Below, piece after piece: positions 46,118-54,970 of a stretch of DNA of 64,000 bases. Position 1 is the stretch's first letter; each line of letters opens with the position of its first letter. Origin of the DNA: Candidatus Micrarchaeota archaeon (GTDB lineage: Archaea; Micrarchaeota; Micrarchaeia; Anstonellales; Bilamarchaeaceae). The stretch lies in NCBI GenBank assembly GCA_018304385.1, contig JAGVWJ010000014.1:13621-77620 (forward strand), read 5' to 3'. A program made the translations under genes and the position numbers. The notes beneath the pieces are model-generated. The model had not been told where the DNA came from, did no database searches, and saw nothing but the letters and a program-made list of their open reading frames with translations.

Positions 46118-46879
46118 TTAAGGTTTGGGTTCTTTCCCTAATCCCCATAAAAGATTAAAATAATGTAGATAACTATCAGCAATTTCCTTATTCTTTATTA
46201 GTATACAGAGTTTTTGTTTCTCAGTTACAACCATTACCCCAACATATTCTTTAAAGATATGGATAAATGCGGGTGTTCTTATGCCTTCAGGCAAATATCT
46301 TTGTTCTGCGTGTGACCTCGCCTCTCTTTTTTTCCAGAACCACGTATCATAATCATATAAAATTTTAGCACGTATACCTTTCTTTGCAATTTTTTTGTGA
46401 TAATCCTTAAAATAAGCATTTAATAGTTGGCTGGCTAATATAGGGTACCCCATGGTATACATTTCATCGCCTTTATGGGCAATATCTAGAGAAATATCAT
46501 AAACTGTTTTGATTCCTCTAAGCCCTTCCAGTAGCTCCACAGAATATTCTTTCTTCTCAGCAAGAAATTCTTGTTCTAGTGATGGCAAAATACTTTCTAA
46601 TTCCTGTTTCAACTTTTCAGTTTCTTGCTCACGGATGTCCAACAAATGCCTTAAAATAGCGGGTCTATTCGCCCTAAAGAGCTTGACCTTGCCCTCAATG
46701 ATATAACTAACAATACCTTTGCTTATCAACGAGTCTAACACATGATATATCTTGGATGATGGAATTGTGGATTTCTTAACTAAAGGTCCCGTAGTTGTTT
46801 GACCTAGCTCTAAAAGTGACAGGTAAATGCGAATTTCGTTACCGTCCAACCCTAATTTTCTTAATATTTCCGTGTTCAT
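46118..46879 (-). CDS. TrmB-family transcriptional regulator
   Basis: N-terminal LGLDGNEIRIYLSLLELGQTTTGPLVKKSTIPSSKIYHVLDSLISKGIVSY winged HTH typical of TrmB. Confidence 0.75.
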   Translation of the reverse strand: MNTEILRKLGLDGNEIRIYLSLLELGQTTTGPLVKKSTIPSSKIYHVLDSLISKGIVSYIIEGKVKLFRANRPAILRHLLDIREQETEKLKQELESILPSLEQEFLAEKKEYSVELLEGLRGIKTVYDISLDIAHKGDEMYTMGYPILASQLLNAYFKDYHKKIAKKGIRAKILYDYDTWFWKKREARSHAEQRYLPEGIRTPAFIHIFKEYVGVMVVTEKQKLCILIKNKEIADSYLHYFNLLWGLGKEPKP

Positions 46880-46936
46880 ACTACTACCTTATAGTAGTAG
46901 TAAACAAATATATTTTAAAGCGTACCCAACCTTATT

Positions 46937-47563
46937 ATGTCCTACACATACAATCCGATCTATACACATTTCAAAGGAGATAAAATTTCTCGCTGTGAAT
47001 TAATTGAGCGGAAAGTAATAGAGATAATTTTGAAAAGTAAAATGCAGGATGAAAAGCGCGCGTGGAGCAAAACTTTTGAACTGAAACATAGTTCAGCAGT
47101 AACGCAGATTGGACGGATTCTGGCACAAAAACGTGGACTAGACTCTGAACTCGGCGCTATTATTTGCACTATGCACGACATTTATGTCTTCACTACTGGC
47201 CGTGTTACTGACCATGCACATAAAGGCGCACCTATTGCTGAAAGAATATTACAGCAAACCAAAAAATTCACACCTAAAGAGATAAAACTCATTACTACGG
47301 CGATTTACAATCACAGTGATAAACACGTGGTTTCCAAAAATCCCTATGTTGAATTAGTTAAGGACGCTGATGTGCTGGACTGCGGCCTGTACGATGGGGT
47401 GCATGACGCATATGTATACGAAAAATCCCAAGAGAACTGCAAACGCTATTTTGCGCGTATTAAGAACGTTCGCAAAGAACTCGGTTTGCCTAGAGATCCA
47501 AAATGGGACAGTACTGACTACGTAGAGCAAGGAAAGACATATTATGAAAAGAATAAGAAATGA
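46937..47563 (+). CDS. HD-domain phosphohydrolase
   Basis: KHSSAVTQIGRILA...ICTMHDI (H...HD) and a later NHSDKH. Confidence 0.65.
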   Translation: MSYTYNPIYTHFKGDKISRCELIERKVIEIILKSKMQDEKRAWSKTFELKHSSAVTQIGRILAQKRGLDSELGAIICTMHDIYVFTTGRVTDHAHKGAPIAERILQQTKKFTPKEIKLITTAIYNHSDKHVVSKNPYVELVKDADVLDCGLYDGVHDAYVYEKSQENCKRYFARIKNVRKELGLPRDPKWDSTDYVEQGKTYYEKNKK

Positions 47564-47566
47564 TAT

Positions 47567-48967
47567 ATGAAAGATGTGATAGTTATGACTGAAAACATTT
47601 GGTTCCATTGGGAAAGAAATGCAACGTTCACGCCAATTTTTATGTGCATGGAGGCATGGGGCCAGCCTACCGCAAAATATTGGGGAGTTTCATGGCCAAC
47701 AACAATTTGCGTGTGGAAAAACGATATTATTTCCTGGAATAATAAAAACCAGGACTTCTATGAAATGGGAAAAATATTAGTTGAGAATTTTCTAAAGAAC
47801 GGTTGGGGTAAATTTGAAGATGAGATAAACGAAACAGCTATAAAAATAACTAAGTTTATGAGAGAATGTAATCCGATTGCTGACATGAGCGAACATGAAT
47901 TAGTAAGGAAATTTAAGGAATTGCACAACTTATGGATACACTGGTTTGTGCTAGGAGTTACAGAACCTCCAGGTGTTTACGGAGAAAAAATACTTGAAGA
48001 ATTATCAAAGGATAAAAAGAATTTTTCATTATTAACATCACCTATTAGAAAATCATTTTCAAGGAGAGAATTTGAAGATCTTTTACAAGTTAAAAATGAT
48101 AAAGAACTGGAGAATCATGCAAAAAAGTATTTTTGGCTTCATAATAATTATTTCACTACAGAAACCATTAGTAAGGAATTTTTCCAAGATGAATTGAAAA
48201 AACTAAGAGAGAAATATTCTGATTCAGCTAACTATCTAAATGAAGTAGAGAGAAATGATAAAGAGCTGTTAGTAGAAAAAGAAAAAATAATGAATCAGTT
48301 AAACTTTAGCGAACGAGAAAAGAAACTGGTGACCTTGATGGAATTCTTTGCATGGTTTCAGGATTATAGAAAAGAATACACAATGCAAATGCTTCACTAT
48401 CTAGATAAAATACTCGAGGCAATTGGCAAGATCCACGGACTTAGCCTAAAAGAGATGAAACATGTACTGCCAGAAGAAATATTGAATAACAAGATAGATA
48501 GAAATTTAATAAGAGAAAGAATGGAACATTTCATGGTTATATGGGACAGTGATCGCGCTAAGTTTGAATTAATCTTAGATACAGATGAAATTGAACAAAA
48601 GAAAAAACAAATTTTTGGAGAGAAGCAGCAAACTAAAGAGATAATAGAAATAGAAGGTCAGATAGCAAGCAAGGGCCGCTTAAAAGGAAGAGCTTTTGTA
48701 ACTATGAGTGCGCACGATGCTAAAAACATTAAACCAGGTGAGATACTCGTAACTTCAATGACATCACCTGATTTTATAGTTGCAATAAAAAGAGCAGCTG
48801 CAATAGTGACAAACGAAGGCGGGATACTCTGCCATGCAGCTATTGTTTCCAGAGAGTTTGGAATTCCATGCATTGTGGGAACACAAAATGCAACTCGATT
48901 AATTAAAAATGGGGATTTAATAGAAGTAGATGGGAATCATGGATTTGTGAGAATACTGAAAAATTAA
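47567..48967 (+). CDS. PEP-utilising-enzyme mobile (swivel phosphohistidine) domain protein with unknown N-terminal 350 aa
   Basis: C-terminal GEILVTSMTSPDFIVAIKRAAAIVTNEGGILCHAAIVSREFGIPCIVG matches the PEP-utiliser swivel domain, including the phospho-His. It starts 4 nt after the HD gene. Confidence 0.7.
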   Translation: MKDVIVMTENIWFHWERNATFTPIFMCMEAWGQPTAKYWGVSWPTTICVWKNDIISWNNKNQDFYEMGKILVENFLKNGWGKFEDEINETAIKITKFMRECNPIADMSEHELVRKFKELHNLWIHWFVLGVTEPPGVYGEKILEELSKDKKNFSLLTSPIRKSFSRREFEDLLQVKNDKELENHAKKYFWLHNNYFTTETISKEFFQDELKKLREKYSDSANYLNEVERNDKELLVEKEKIMNQLNFSEREKKLVTLMEFFAWFQDYRKEYTMQMLHYLDKILEAIGKIHGLSLKEMKHVLPEEILNNKIDRNLIRERMEHFMVIWDSDRAKFELILDTDEIEQKKKQIFGEKQQTKEIIEIEGQIASKGRLKGRAFVTMSAHDAKNIKPGEILVTSMTSPDFIVAIKRAAAIVTNEGGILCHAAIVSREFGIPCIVGTQNATRLIKNGDLIEVDGNHGFVRILKN

Positions 48968-49362
48968 TATCTAAAAACAGTTTTATTATCCTTAAAGGTT
49001 ATTTCAAAATTATCAAAAACGTCTTTTCTTCCCAGAACCAAAGGAACTTCCTCAATAAGACACCATGCAATATCTGCTTCGATTTTTTTATTACCAATCT
49101 GAAGATTTATTTTTTTAAGAACAATTTGAACATTCTGTTCACCAACACCTTTGACTTCTTTTATCGAATCATTATCAATCTTAAAACCAAGATAATCACC
49201 AACTGATTTTGGAATCAAAGTAAGATCAGCACCAGAGTCTACAATCATGTGATATAATAATTCCTTGCCCTCATTTTGCAGTATTACATCAGCGAACGGT
49301 CTTAAGATTTTTCCAAAAATTCGTGAATGGCCTTCTCTAAATTTGAATTCTATTTCTTGCAT
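48964..49362 (-). CDS. retropepsin-like aspartic protease
   Basis: VDSGADLTLIP (D-S-G-A) active-site loop, 132 aa. Confidence 0.7.
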   Translation of the reverse strand: MQEIEFKFREGHSRIFGKILRPFADVILQNEGKELLYHMIVDSGADLTLIPKSVGDYLGFKIDNDSIKEVKGVGEQNVQIVLKKINLQIGNKKIEADIAWCLIEEVPLVLGRKDVFDNFEITFKDNKTVFRY

Positions 49363-49565
49363 TTTATCGCCATAAAAATAAAGGTATCTTCAGTTGGAAC
49401 CTTAGCCAGCGTAGGTTTTTTACCAGTCTTTCTTTCTGCTTCTTCTATTACTTGCTTAGCATTATCTCCACTAGCAACTATACTCTCATCAACAATAGCG
49501 ATATATTTACCTTCGTATTTATGGAGATCAGCTTTTAAAAAAAATTCATATTCTTTGCTTGCCAT
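49350..49565 (-). CDS. small DUF5678-like protein paired with the retropepsin-like gene
   Basis: 71 aa. KYEGKYIAIVDESIVASGDNAKQVIEEAERK...LAKVP resembles the family I recall as DUF5678. It overlaps the protease gene by 13 nt. Confidence 0.45.
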   Translation of the reverse strand: MASKEYEFFLKADLHKYEGKYIAIVDESIVASGDNAKQVIEEAERKTGKKPTLAKVPTEDTFIFMAIKCKK

Positions 49566-49660
49566 AATATCTATATTAACTAATTAGACTTAAAACTTTA
49601 TCTTTTACTCATCCATCCGCCCATAGACAACTGAAGGTGGATTTCTGGGTGGGGTTTTGG

Positions 49661-51193
49661 TTAACCGTCATCGCCTTTTTTACGTGGTATCCATTTTAGA
49701 TATTCTGTACTCATAACCGTGTATTCCACACTTAAAATTTTTCCATCTTCCTGTAGTATGTATCTTTTTACGGCTGCTTCAATTTCGGGTGCAAAAAGAT
49801 GGGCATTCCATACGTCTGACATCATCTCGCCCATGGAATCACCTTTTGCCCCTGTAAAGCATGACTCCAATATCATTGTTGGATCATCCACAAAATATTT
49901 TCTTAGTTTGCTTAATTCTTGTTTATCCGTAAGGTCCAAGTTGCCCTTCTCACCATGTCTGCCATCCAATAATATGCTATCTATAGCACCATGGCCTCCT
50001 ATGATCATAGTATCTATCTGCCCATAATCTCTGGCAACTCCAGCTACAGAATCATAAAATGCATCTTCTGTACTTACCTCAACTACAACTATTCTATAAT
50101 ATTTTGTCAGCGTCTCAAGCTTTTCACTATCATGATAAAAAGCCCCGTTCTTATCGTCCTTATTATGTGCTACAAGCAAAACTGGTTTTTCTGAAGTTTG
50201 TTTGTCTTCGATTCTGTTATACATCTCGTCAAGCAACTTGTCACTATATCTGATAAAATATCCAATTCCAAAATTCTTGTAAAGTTCTGTAACCTTTTTT
50301 TTGCCCAGTTTCATTATTCCATATGTAAAATTGATGACTTCATCTCCTGTTGGGGTTGCTATTTTCAATTCTTTCATTAGTTTTCGGGTTTCTTCAAAAT
50401 TCGCACCACTAAGAAACGTTTCTCTATCTCTATCTGGAATTGCTGATAAAGCATGTTCGATTTTCTTATAATCGCCACCCATGTTGGCAGTTTGGATAAA
50501 TTTTTCATTATATTTGGCAAACAATTCCGAACTCCACACAACTAGTTGTTCACCTAAAAATCTAAATTTGGCCTTTGTTTTTACTTCACTCAGCATCTTC
50601 ATTAAAATATCATGGTGGTCCACAAAGAAATTCCCTACGTGTATAATAAGACTTCTAGTCATTTCAATTCCAAACGCATTGAAGCTTCCCACCAATGCCT
50701 CTGTCGCCTTTTTGCTTTCCTTATCAAAATATTCTGCAAAACGAATGTTTAAAAAAACCTCAAAAGCAGATCTAGTATAAGATGTTGCTACATTAGCAAT
50801 CTCTACGAATTCCTTAGCATGCCCATCAAACAATCTCATGACTGTCTTATCAGAAAGCGTTTCAAAAGCATCCTGAGTTCCGCCTCCTGCTGCTTTGGAA
50901 ATTTCTGCTAACTCCCCGGGGTGTCTAACAAACAATTTGGCATAATCATCTCTCGCCAACCATTCTAGAACACGTTCCGAGCCAGATTTTTTAGCTCTCC
51001 ATGATATCCATGAACCCCGCGATTCTAAGTTACTCGCCTTTACGATTTGTTCCAATGCTTTTTTGACAGCATTTATCTTTTCCTGCGGATTTTTGCTTTC
51101 TAATATTGCTTTTGCAACTGCATCAGGGCAATGACTGTTTACTAGCTCTTTGACCTTGTCAACCGTTATTGATGCGAGTTGGAATACAAACAT
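49661..51193 (-). CDS. hypothetical protein: helical N-terminal region + C-terminal caspase/CHAT-like His-Cys module
   Basis: The C-terminal strands are VLLVAHN, RIVVVEV, TMIIGGHG (His-Gly) and TMILESCFTGA (Cys). This is the order expected of a caspase-hemoglobinase fold dyad, and the assignment rests on pattern only. Confidence 0.45.
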   Translation of the reverse strand: MFVFQLASITVDKVKELVNSHCPDAVAKAILESKNPQEKINAVKKALEQIVKASNLESRGSWISWRAKKSGSERVLEWLARDDYAKLFVRHPGELAEISKAAGGGTQDAFETLSDKTVMRLFDGHAKEFVEIANVATSYTRSAFEVFLNIRFAEYFDKESKKATEALVGSFNAFGIEMTRSLIIHVGNFFVDHHDILMKMLSEVKTKAKFRFLGEQLVVWSSELFAKYNEKFIQTANMGGDYKKIEHALSAIPDRDRETFLSGANFEETRKLMKELKIATPTGDEVINFTYGIMKLGKKKVTELYKNFGIGYFIRYSDKLLDEMYNRIEDKQTSEKPVLLVAHNKDDKNGAFYHDSEKLETLTKYYRIVVVEVSTEDAFYDSVAGVARDYGQIDTMIIGGHGAIDSILLDGRHGEKGNLDLTDKQELSKLRKYFVDDPTMILESCFTGAKGDSMGEMMSDVWNAHLFAPEIEAAVKRYILQEDGKILSVEYTVMSTEYLKWIPRKKGDDG

Positions 51194-51274
51194 AATCAGT
51201 ATTTGCAGGGATACTTTAATTAAAGTGATTTGGCAAGAAACGGAGCAATTTAAGCCTTTTTCTGCAAATTAAAA

Positions 51275-52579
51275 TTATTCATCCACCAAAAGTAATCCCG
51301 GATCCTCTAAATGTTTCTTAACTGTAGATGCAAATTTGGCAGCAGTTGCACCATCAATTACACGATGATCGAATGTAATTGATATATTCATTATTCTTTT
51401 TATTTCAATCTTATCGCTTACTGCTACGGGCTTATCCTGCATTCTATAAATTCCAAGTATCGCTACTTCTGGATAATTAATTATAGGTGTTGCAAATATG
51501 CCGCCAAGGCTACCGATATTTGTAACAGTAAACGAACCGCCTCGTAATTGATCAAGCGTTAGCGTTCGAGATCTTGCTTTAGTTGCTAATTCAAAAATTT
51601 CTTTTCCCAAATCAATTATTGTTTTTTTATCTGCATTTTTAAGAACTGGAACAATCAATCCATCTTCTGTGTCTACTGCAATGCCAATGTTATAATATTT
51701 TTTAAGTACCATTTCGCTTTTCTCTTCATCCAAACTGGAATTAAAAACTGGAAATTCACGCAAGGCAGCAATTAGTGCCTTAATTATAAATGGTAAAAAT
51801 GTTAGCTTAACCCCTTTTTGCTCTGCATATGCTTTCTCTTGCTCGCGGATACGCACTAAATCGCTAACATCTACTTCATCAACATGCGTAACATGCATTG
51901 CTGTTTGCATGCTTGTAACCATATGCTCTGCAACTGTTCTTCTTACTCCTCTAAATGGTAAACGTTCAACTTCACCTTCGATTATTATGGGGATTTTTTG
52001 AATTGCTTTTGGAGGTTGGCTTATTGCCTCTTGCTTACTACTTACTGTGGGGGTTGTTGCTATCGGAACTCCGCCTGCTGCCGCAGCCTTAATATCCTGC
52101 TCTGTCACGCGCCCATGCTCTCCAGTTCCTTTTATTTTTTCAATGTCAACTCCAAGCTCGCGCGCTAGCTTACGCACAAATGGAGTTGCAATAGCACGGC
52201 CAGAATGTGTTTCTTGGGGAATGAGTATCTCTACCTTGGGTTGCGAGTCTTGTGTCTCGGAACTCGGAGCTGGAAACTGGGCACTGGAAACTGACTTGCT
52301 TATAGCAGATGGCGCAGGGCCTTTCATTTCATAAACTTCTCCTTCCTGCCCAATTACAATAAGTATCTGCCCAACTTTTATTTTATCTCCTTCTTTTCCA
52401 AAAATTTTAAGAACAACTCCAGTTTTCGGGCAGGGCATTTCAACTACTGCCTTATCCGTCTCAAGTTCAGCAATAGGTTGGTCTGATTTTACTTTATCGC
52501 CTTCTTTTACGAGCCATTTCTTAATCTCGCCTTCGTGAATACCTTCGCCTAAGTCTGGAAGTTTAAATTCGTAAACCAT
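51275..52579 (-). CDS. dihydrolipoamide acyltransferase (E2)
   Basis: Lipoyl domain [12 protein letters not shown], a peripheral-subunit-binding domain ([12 protein letters not shown]) and a catalytic FDHRVIDGA. Confidence 0.93.
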   Translation of the reverse strand: MVYEFKLPDLGEGIHEGEIKKWLVKEGDKVKSDQPIAELETDKAVVEMPCPKTGVVLKIFGKEGDKIKVGQILIVIGQEGEVYEMKGPAPSAISKSVSSAQFPAPSSETQDSQPKVEILIPQETHSGRAIATPFVRKLARELGVDIEKIKGTGEHGRVTEQDIKAAAAGGVPIATTPTVSSKQEAISQPPKAIQKIPIIIEGEVERLPFRGVRRTVAEHMVTSMQTAMHVTHVDEVDVSDLVRIREQEKAYAEQKGVKLTFLPFIIKALIAALREFPVFNSSLDEEKSEMVLKKYYNIGIAVDTEDGLIVPVLKNADKKTIIDLGKEIFELATKARSRTLTLDQLRGGSFTVTNIGSLGGIFATPIINYPEVAILGIYRMQDKPVAVSDKIEIKRIMNISITFDHRVIDGATAAKFASTVKKHLEDPGLLLVDE

Positions 52580-52588
52580 TTTATCACT

Positions 52589-52663
52589 GTTGTGAGTTTG
52601 GAGTTATGAGTTTTGAGTAATTGTCAGTGCACAACTCACAACCCACAACTCATTACTCATAAC
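52589..52663. repeat. inverted pair of GT-type heptamer arrays (5 + 5 units) upstream of E2
   Basis: Forward: gttgtga gtttgga gttatga gttttga gtaattg (52589-623). Reverse-oriented: gcacaac tcacaac ccacaac tcattac tcataac (52629-663). Confidence 0.85.
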
Positions 52664-52693
52664 TATAATATTAATTTATATTAAGCTTTCTAT

Positions 52694-53500
52694 TCAGTGG
52701 CCTGATGACTCACCTTCACTCCCTTGAGGCTGCTCAGAATGATCATCTCTATTATATTTAACTGGTAGGGTTTTTCTATCCAATTTTAAATCAATATTTT
52801 TGCTCTTATCATTTATCTTATATGTTATTTTAATTTTAACTGATTGTTTTGGGTTACTTGTAATATCCTGGCTAAATTGGTAGTGATAATGGATCTTTCC
52901 TTTTTGCCCAGGTTTTAAGATAAGCGGTGGCTCACCTGAATAGTAATTTGGATGAATATTTATATATTCTATTCTGTCCCAACTACTTCGTGATGGAAAT
53001 TTTTCCCATGTTCCACTATACTGATCGTAAGTATTACTATTAATAATAAATCTCATATCTGTAGAAGTTATTTGAACAGGTAAATTAGCATTATTATATA
53101 CTAATATCTCGGATTCGTCATCTTTCATATTTGGGGCATATTCATCTAAAGGCCAATAATGCTCAAATACTAAATTATCTTGTTCCAGAAACACTACTGG
53201 GTTTGTGTTGCTGCTTTTAACAATATCGTGTTCAATACTTTTGTTAATGGTTTGGGCGATAGTGGTATTTTCAATTGATTGATTTTTATTTATGTTAGGT
53301 GCTGGTTCTGAGGGAGGTGGTGGCTGTGGTGTGGGTGACTGTTGAGCAGGTATCTGTAAAGGAACTGGTTGTTGATTAGGTTGAGGGGTTGTATCCGGGA
53401 TAGGTTCATTCTGCTCTGGCATAGAAGTCTGTTTTTCTTTTGTCGAACAACCCAATAATAAAAAAGAAAGAAATATAAGAATGACTAAGATATTTTTCAT
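52694..53500 (-). CDS. putative lipoprotein with P/Q-rich linker
   Basis: Signal plus a lipobox-like LLLGCS, and a Pro/Gln-rich stretch. No family recognised. Confidence 0.5.
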   Translation of the reverse strand: MKNILVILIFLSFLLLGCSTKEKQTSMPEQNEPIPDTTPQPNQQPVPLQIPAQQSPTPQPPPPSEPAPNINKNQSIENTTIAQTINKSIEHDIVKSSNTNPVVFLEQDNLVFEHYWPLDEYAPNMKDDESEILVYNNANLPVQITSTDMRFIINSNTYDQYSGTWEKFPSRSSWDRIEYINIHPNYYSGEPPLILKPGQKGKIHYHYQFSQDITSNPKQSVKIKITYKINDKSKNIDLKLDRKTLPVKYNRDDHSEQPQGSEGESSGH

Positions 53501-53595
53501 AAGAATAGAACTATGATGAAATATAATAAATTATCTTTTTTAAGTCTCAGATTAGTACTTCCGAAGGTAATTAAATCTTAATGCTTTTTTTCATG

Positions 53596-53623
53596 GTCGC
53601 GAGTCTCGCGTTCTAGGTCTTGC
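53596..53623 (+). repeat. heptamer array, GT type, 4 units, inside the IS element
   Basis: gtcgcga gtctcgc gttctag gtcttgc. Confidence 0.6.
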
Positions 53624-53691
53624 CTGATATATAGGATCAAATAAGGAAAAACACAACCTAGTTTTCACTGTTAAAAAATTTTCTGAGCTAA

Positions 53692-54846
53692 CTACATTGC
53701 AATTTTAAGGGGTAAAACAACAAGATTATTTCTGAAGAAGTCTATTAGCTCATCTTTTATCTCATCAACTGTTATTTTTATCTCAAAATTTTCTATGTTA
53801 AAATCATTCATCAATAAATTTATATAAACCCAGAAATTGTAAAGAAGCATAGAAATTACAAAGAAAAAATACCTGACATTTCCTTCTTTGCATGAAGTTT
53901 TTATTCTAAACTGATCATGAACTCTATGAGCTGTTTCAATCCCCCAACGTTGTTTGTACAAATCACTTAAGAGTAAAACCTCATTCCTATATTCTGAAAC
54001 AGGAATATTTGTAACGTATCCATAAATTTTCTTTTCTTCATGCTCATTATCTTCGATAATTACAAGATCAATCCATTCAGATTCTTTGTCTGAATTACTT
54101 ATTTCATAGGCCTGAAAGACAGCAGGCAACCCTTTACATTCCTTTAGTACTCTTTCAAAATGAGAATCCTGTTTTGCTGGCATTAGAAAGTTAATTCTTT
54201 TTTCCCTAAACAGTGCAAAAACATCAGTTTCATAGAATTCCCTGTCAAGAAGAACCAAATCAGGCTTTATCCAATATGCATTAAGAAATTCCAGTGCTTT
54301 GTTTATTAGTGCAATTTTGTCATCTCCTCTGTAAACAGGATAAGCAAATAGAAGAAACCTTATTCCATTTACTACTAATGCAACTGTAAAAAACTTGAAA
54401 CAGTAGTAAGTGCCATCCTTTGGCTCATAGCCAGTTACATATTCACAGTTTTTATCTCCATAAAATGCTTCTGGGGTAAAATCAAACGCAATTACTACTT
54501 TTATGCTTGGGAATCTTCTCTGAATAAGCTTGATTGTTCTCCTACTTACAAATGTTCTCATCATTCTTTCTATGTTTTCTATTGTTGTTTTGTCTTTTAT
54601 ATGCAATAAAGCATCATCAGCAGAAGGATAATTACCTGTTTTTGATCTGTTTTCTGTTGATTTATTGCTTATAGCTGCATCAACAAACAGTTTCATTATC
54701 TGGGCTGAGTTATATCTTGCATTGGCTCTAAACTGGAAAAGATTGTAATTCAGCAGCTCACGGCTGAGCTTTTCCAGTATATTCTTCTCTTTTTCCTGTG
54801 AGCTAAAGGGTTTTAAGTTTTCTGGGAGGAAAACCATAGTAGCCAC
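53692..54846 (-). CDS. DDE transposase (IS4 superfamily, ISH3-like)
   Basis: C-terminal YKQRWGIETAHR (the Y-R-E-K region of IS4-type transposases) plus DREF and LLDREFY acidic motifs. The start is GTG at 54846 or ATG at 54837. Confidence 0.8.
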   Translation of the reverse strand: MATMVFLPENLKPFSSQEKEKNILEKLSRELLNYNLFQFRANARYNSAQIMKLFVDAAISNKSTENRSKTGNYPSADDALLHIKDKTTIENIERMMRTFVSRRTIKLIQRRFPSIKVVIAFDFTPEAFYGDKNCEYVTGYEPKDGTYYCFKFFTVALVVNGIRFLLFAYPVYRGDDKIALINKALEFLNAYWIKPDLVLLDREFYETDVFALFREKRINFLMPAKQDSHFERVLKECKGLPAVFQAYEISNSDKESEWIDLVIIEDNEHEEKKIYGYVTNIPVSEYRNEVLLLSDLYKQRWGIETAHRVHDQFRIKTSCKEGNVRYFFFVISMLLYNFWVYINLLMNDFNIENFEIKITVDEIKDELIDFFRNNLVVLPLKIAM

Positions 54847-54886
54847 CTGTTTATTTTGGTCGTTCTAATCAGAATAAACAGTGGCT
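54841..54886 (-). promoter_or_regulatory. hairpin covering the transposase start region
   Basis: agccac(c)tgtttatt (54841-55) pairs with aataaacagtggct (54873-86), leaving one bulged base. It overlaps the GTG start. Confidence 0.5.
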
Positions 54887-54970
54887 ATATTTTAATGTGT
54901 TAAAAGAAGTTCGGAACTACTGCAGATGCTGCTAGAATACTTTTTAAATATTAAAGGTAATGATAAAATA

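Larger units (their letters stand above)
53553..54922 (-). mobile_element. IS element (IS4/ISH3-like), about 1370 bp, with imperfect terminal IRs and 5-bp target duplication
   Basis: The left end tagtacttccgaa (53553-65) matches the reverse complement of the right end ttcggaactactg (54910-22) at 11 of 13 positions. A direct repeat cagat flanks both ends (53548-52 and 54923-27). The element carries a single DDE transposase ORF. Confidence 0.7.
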
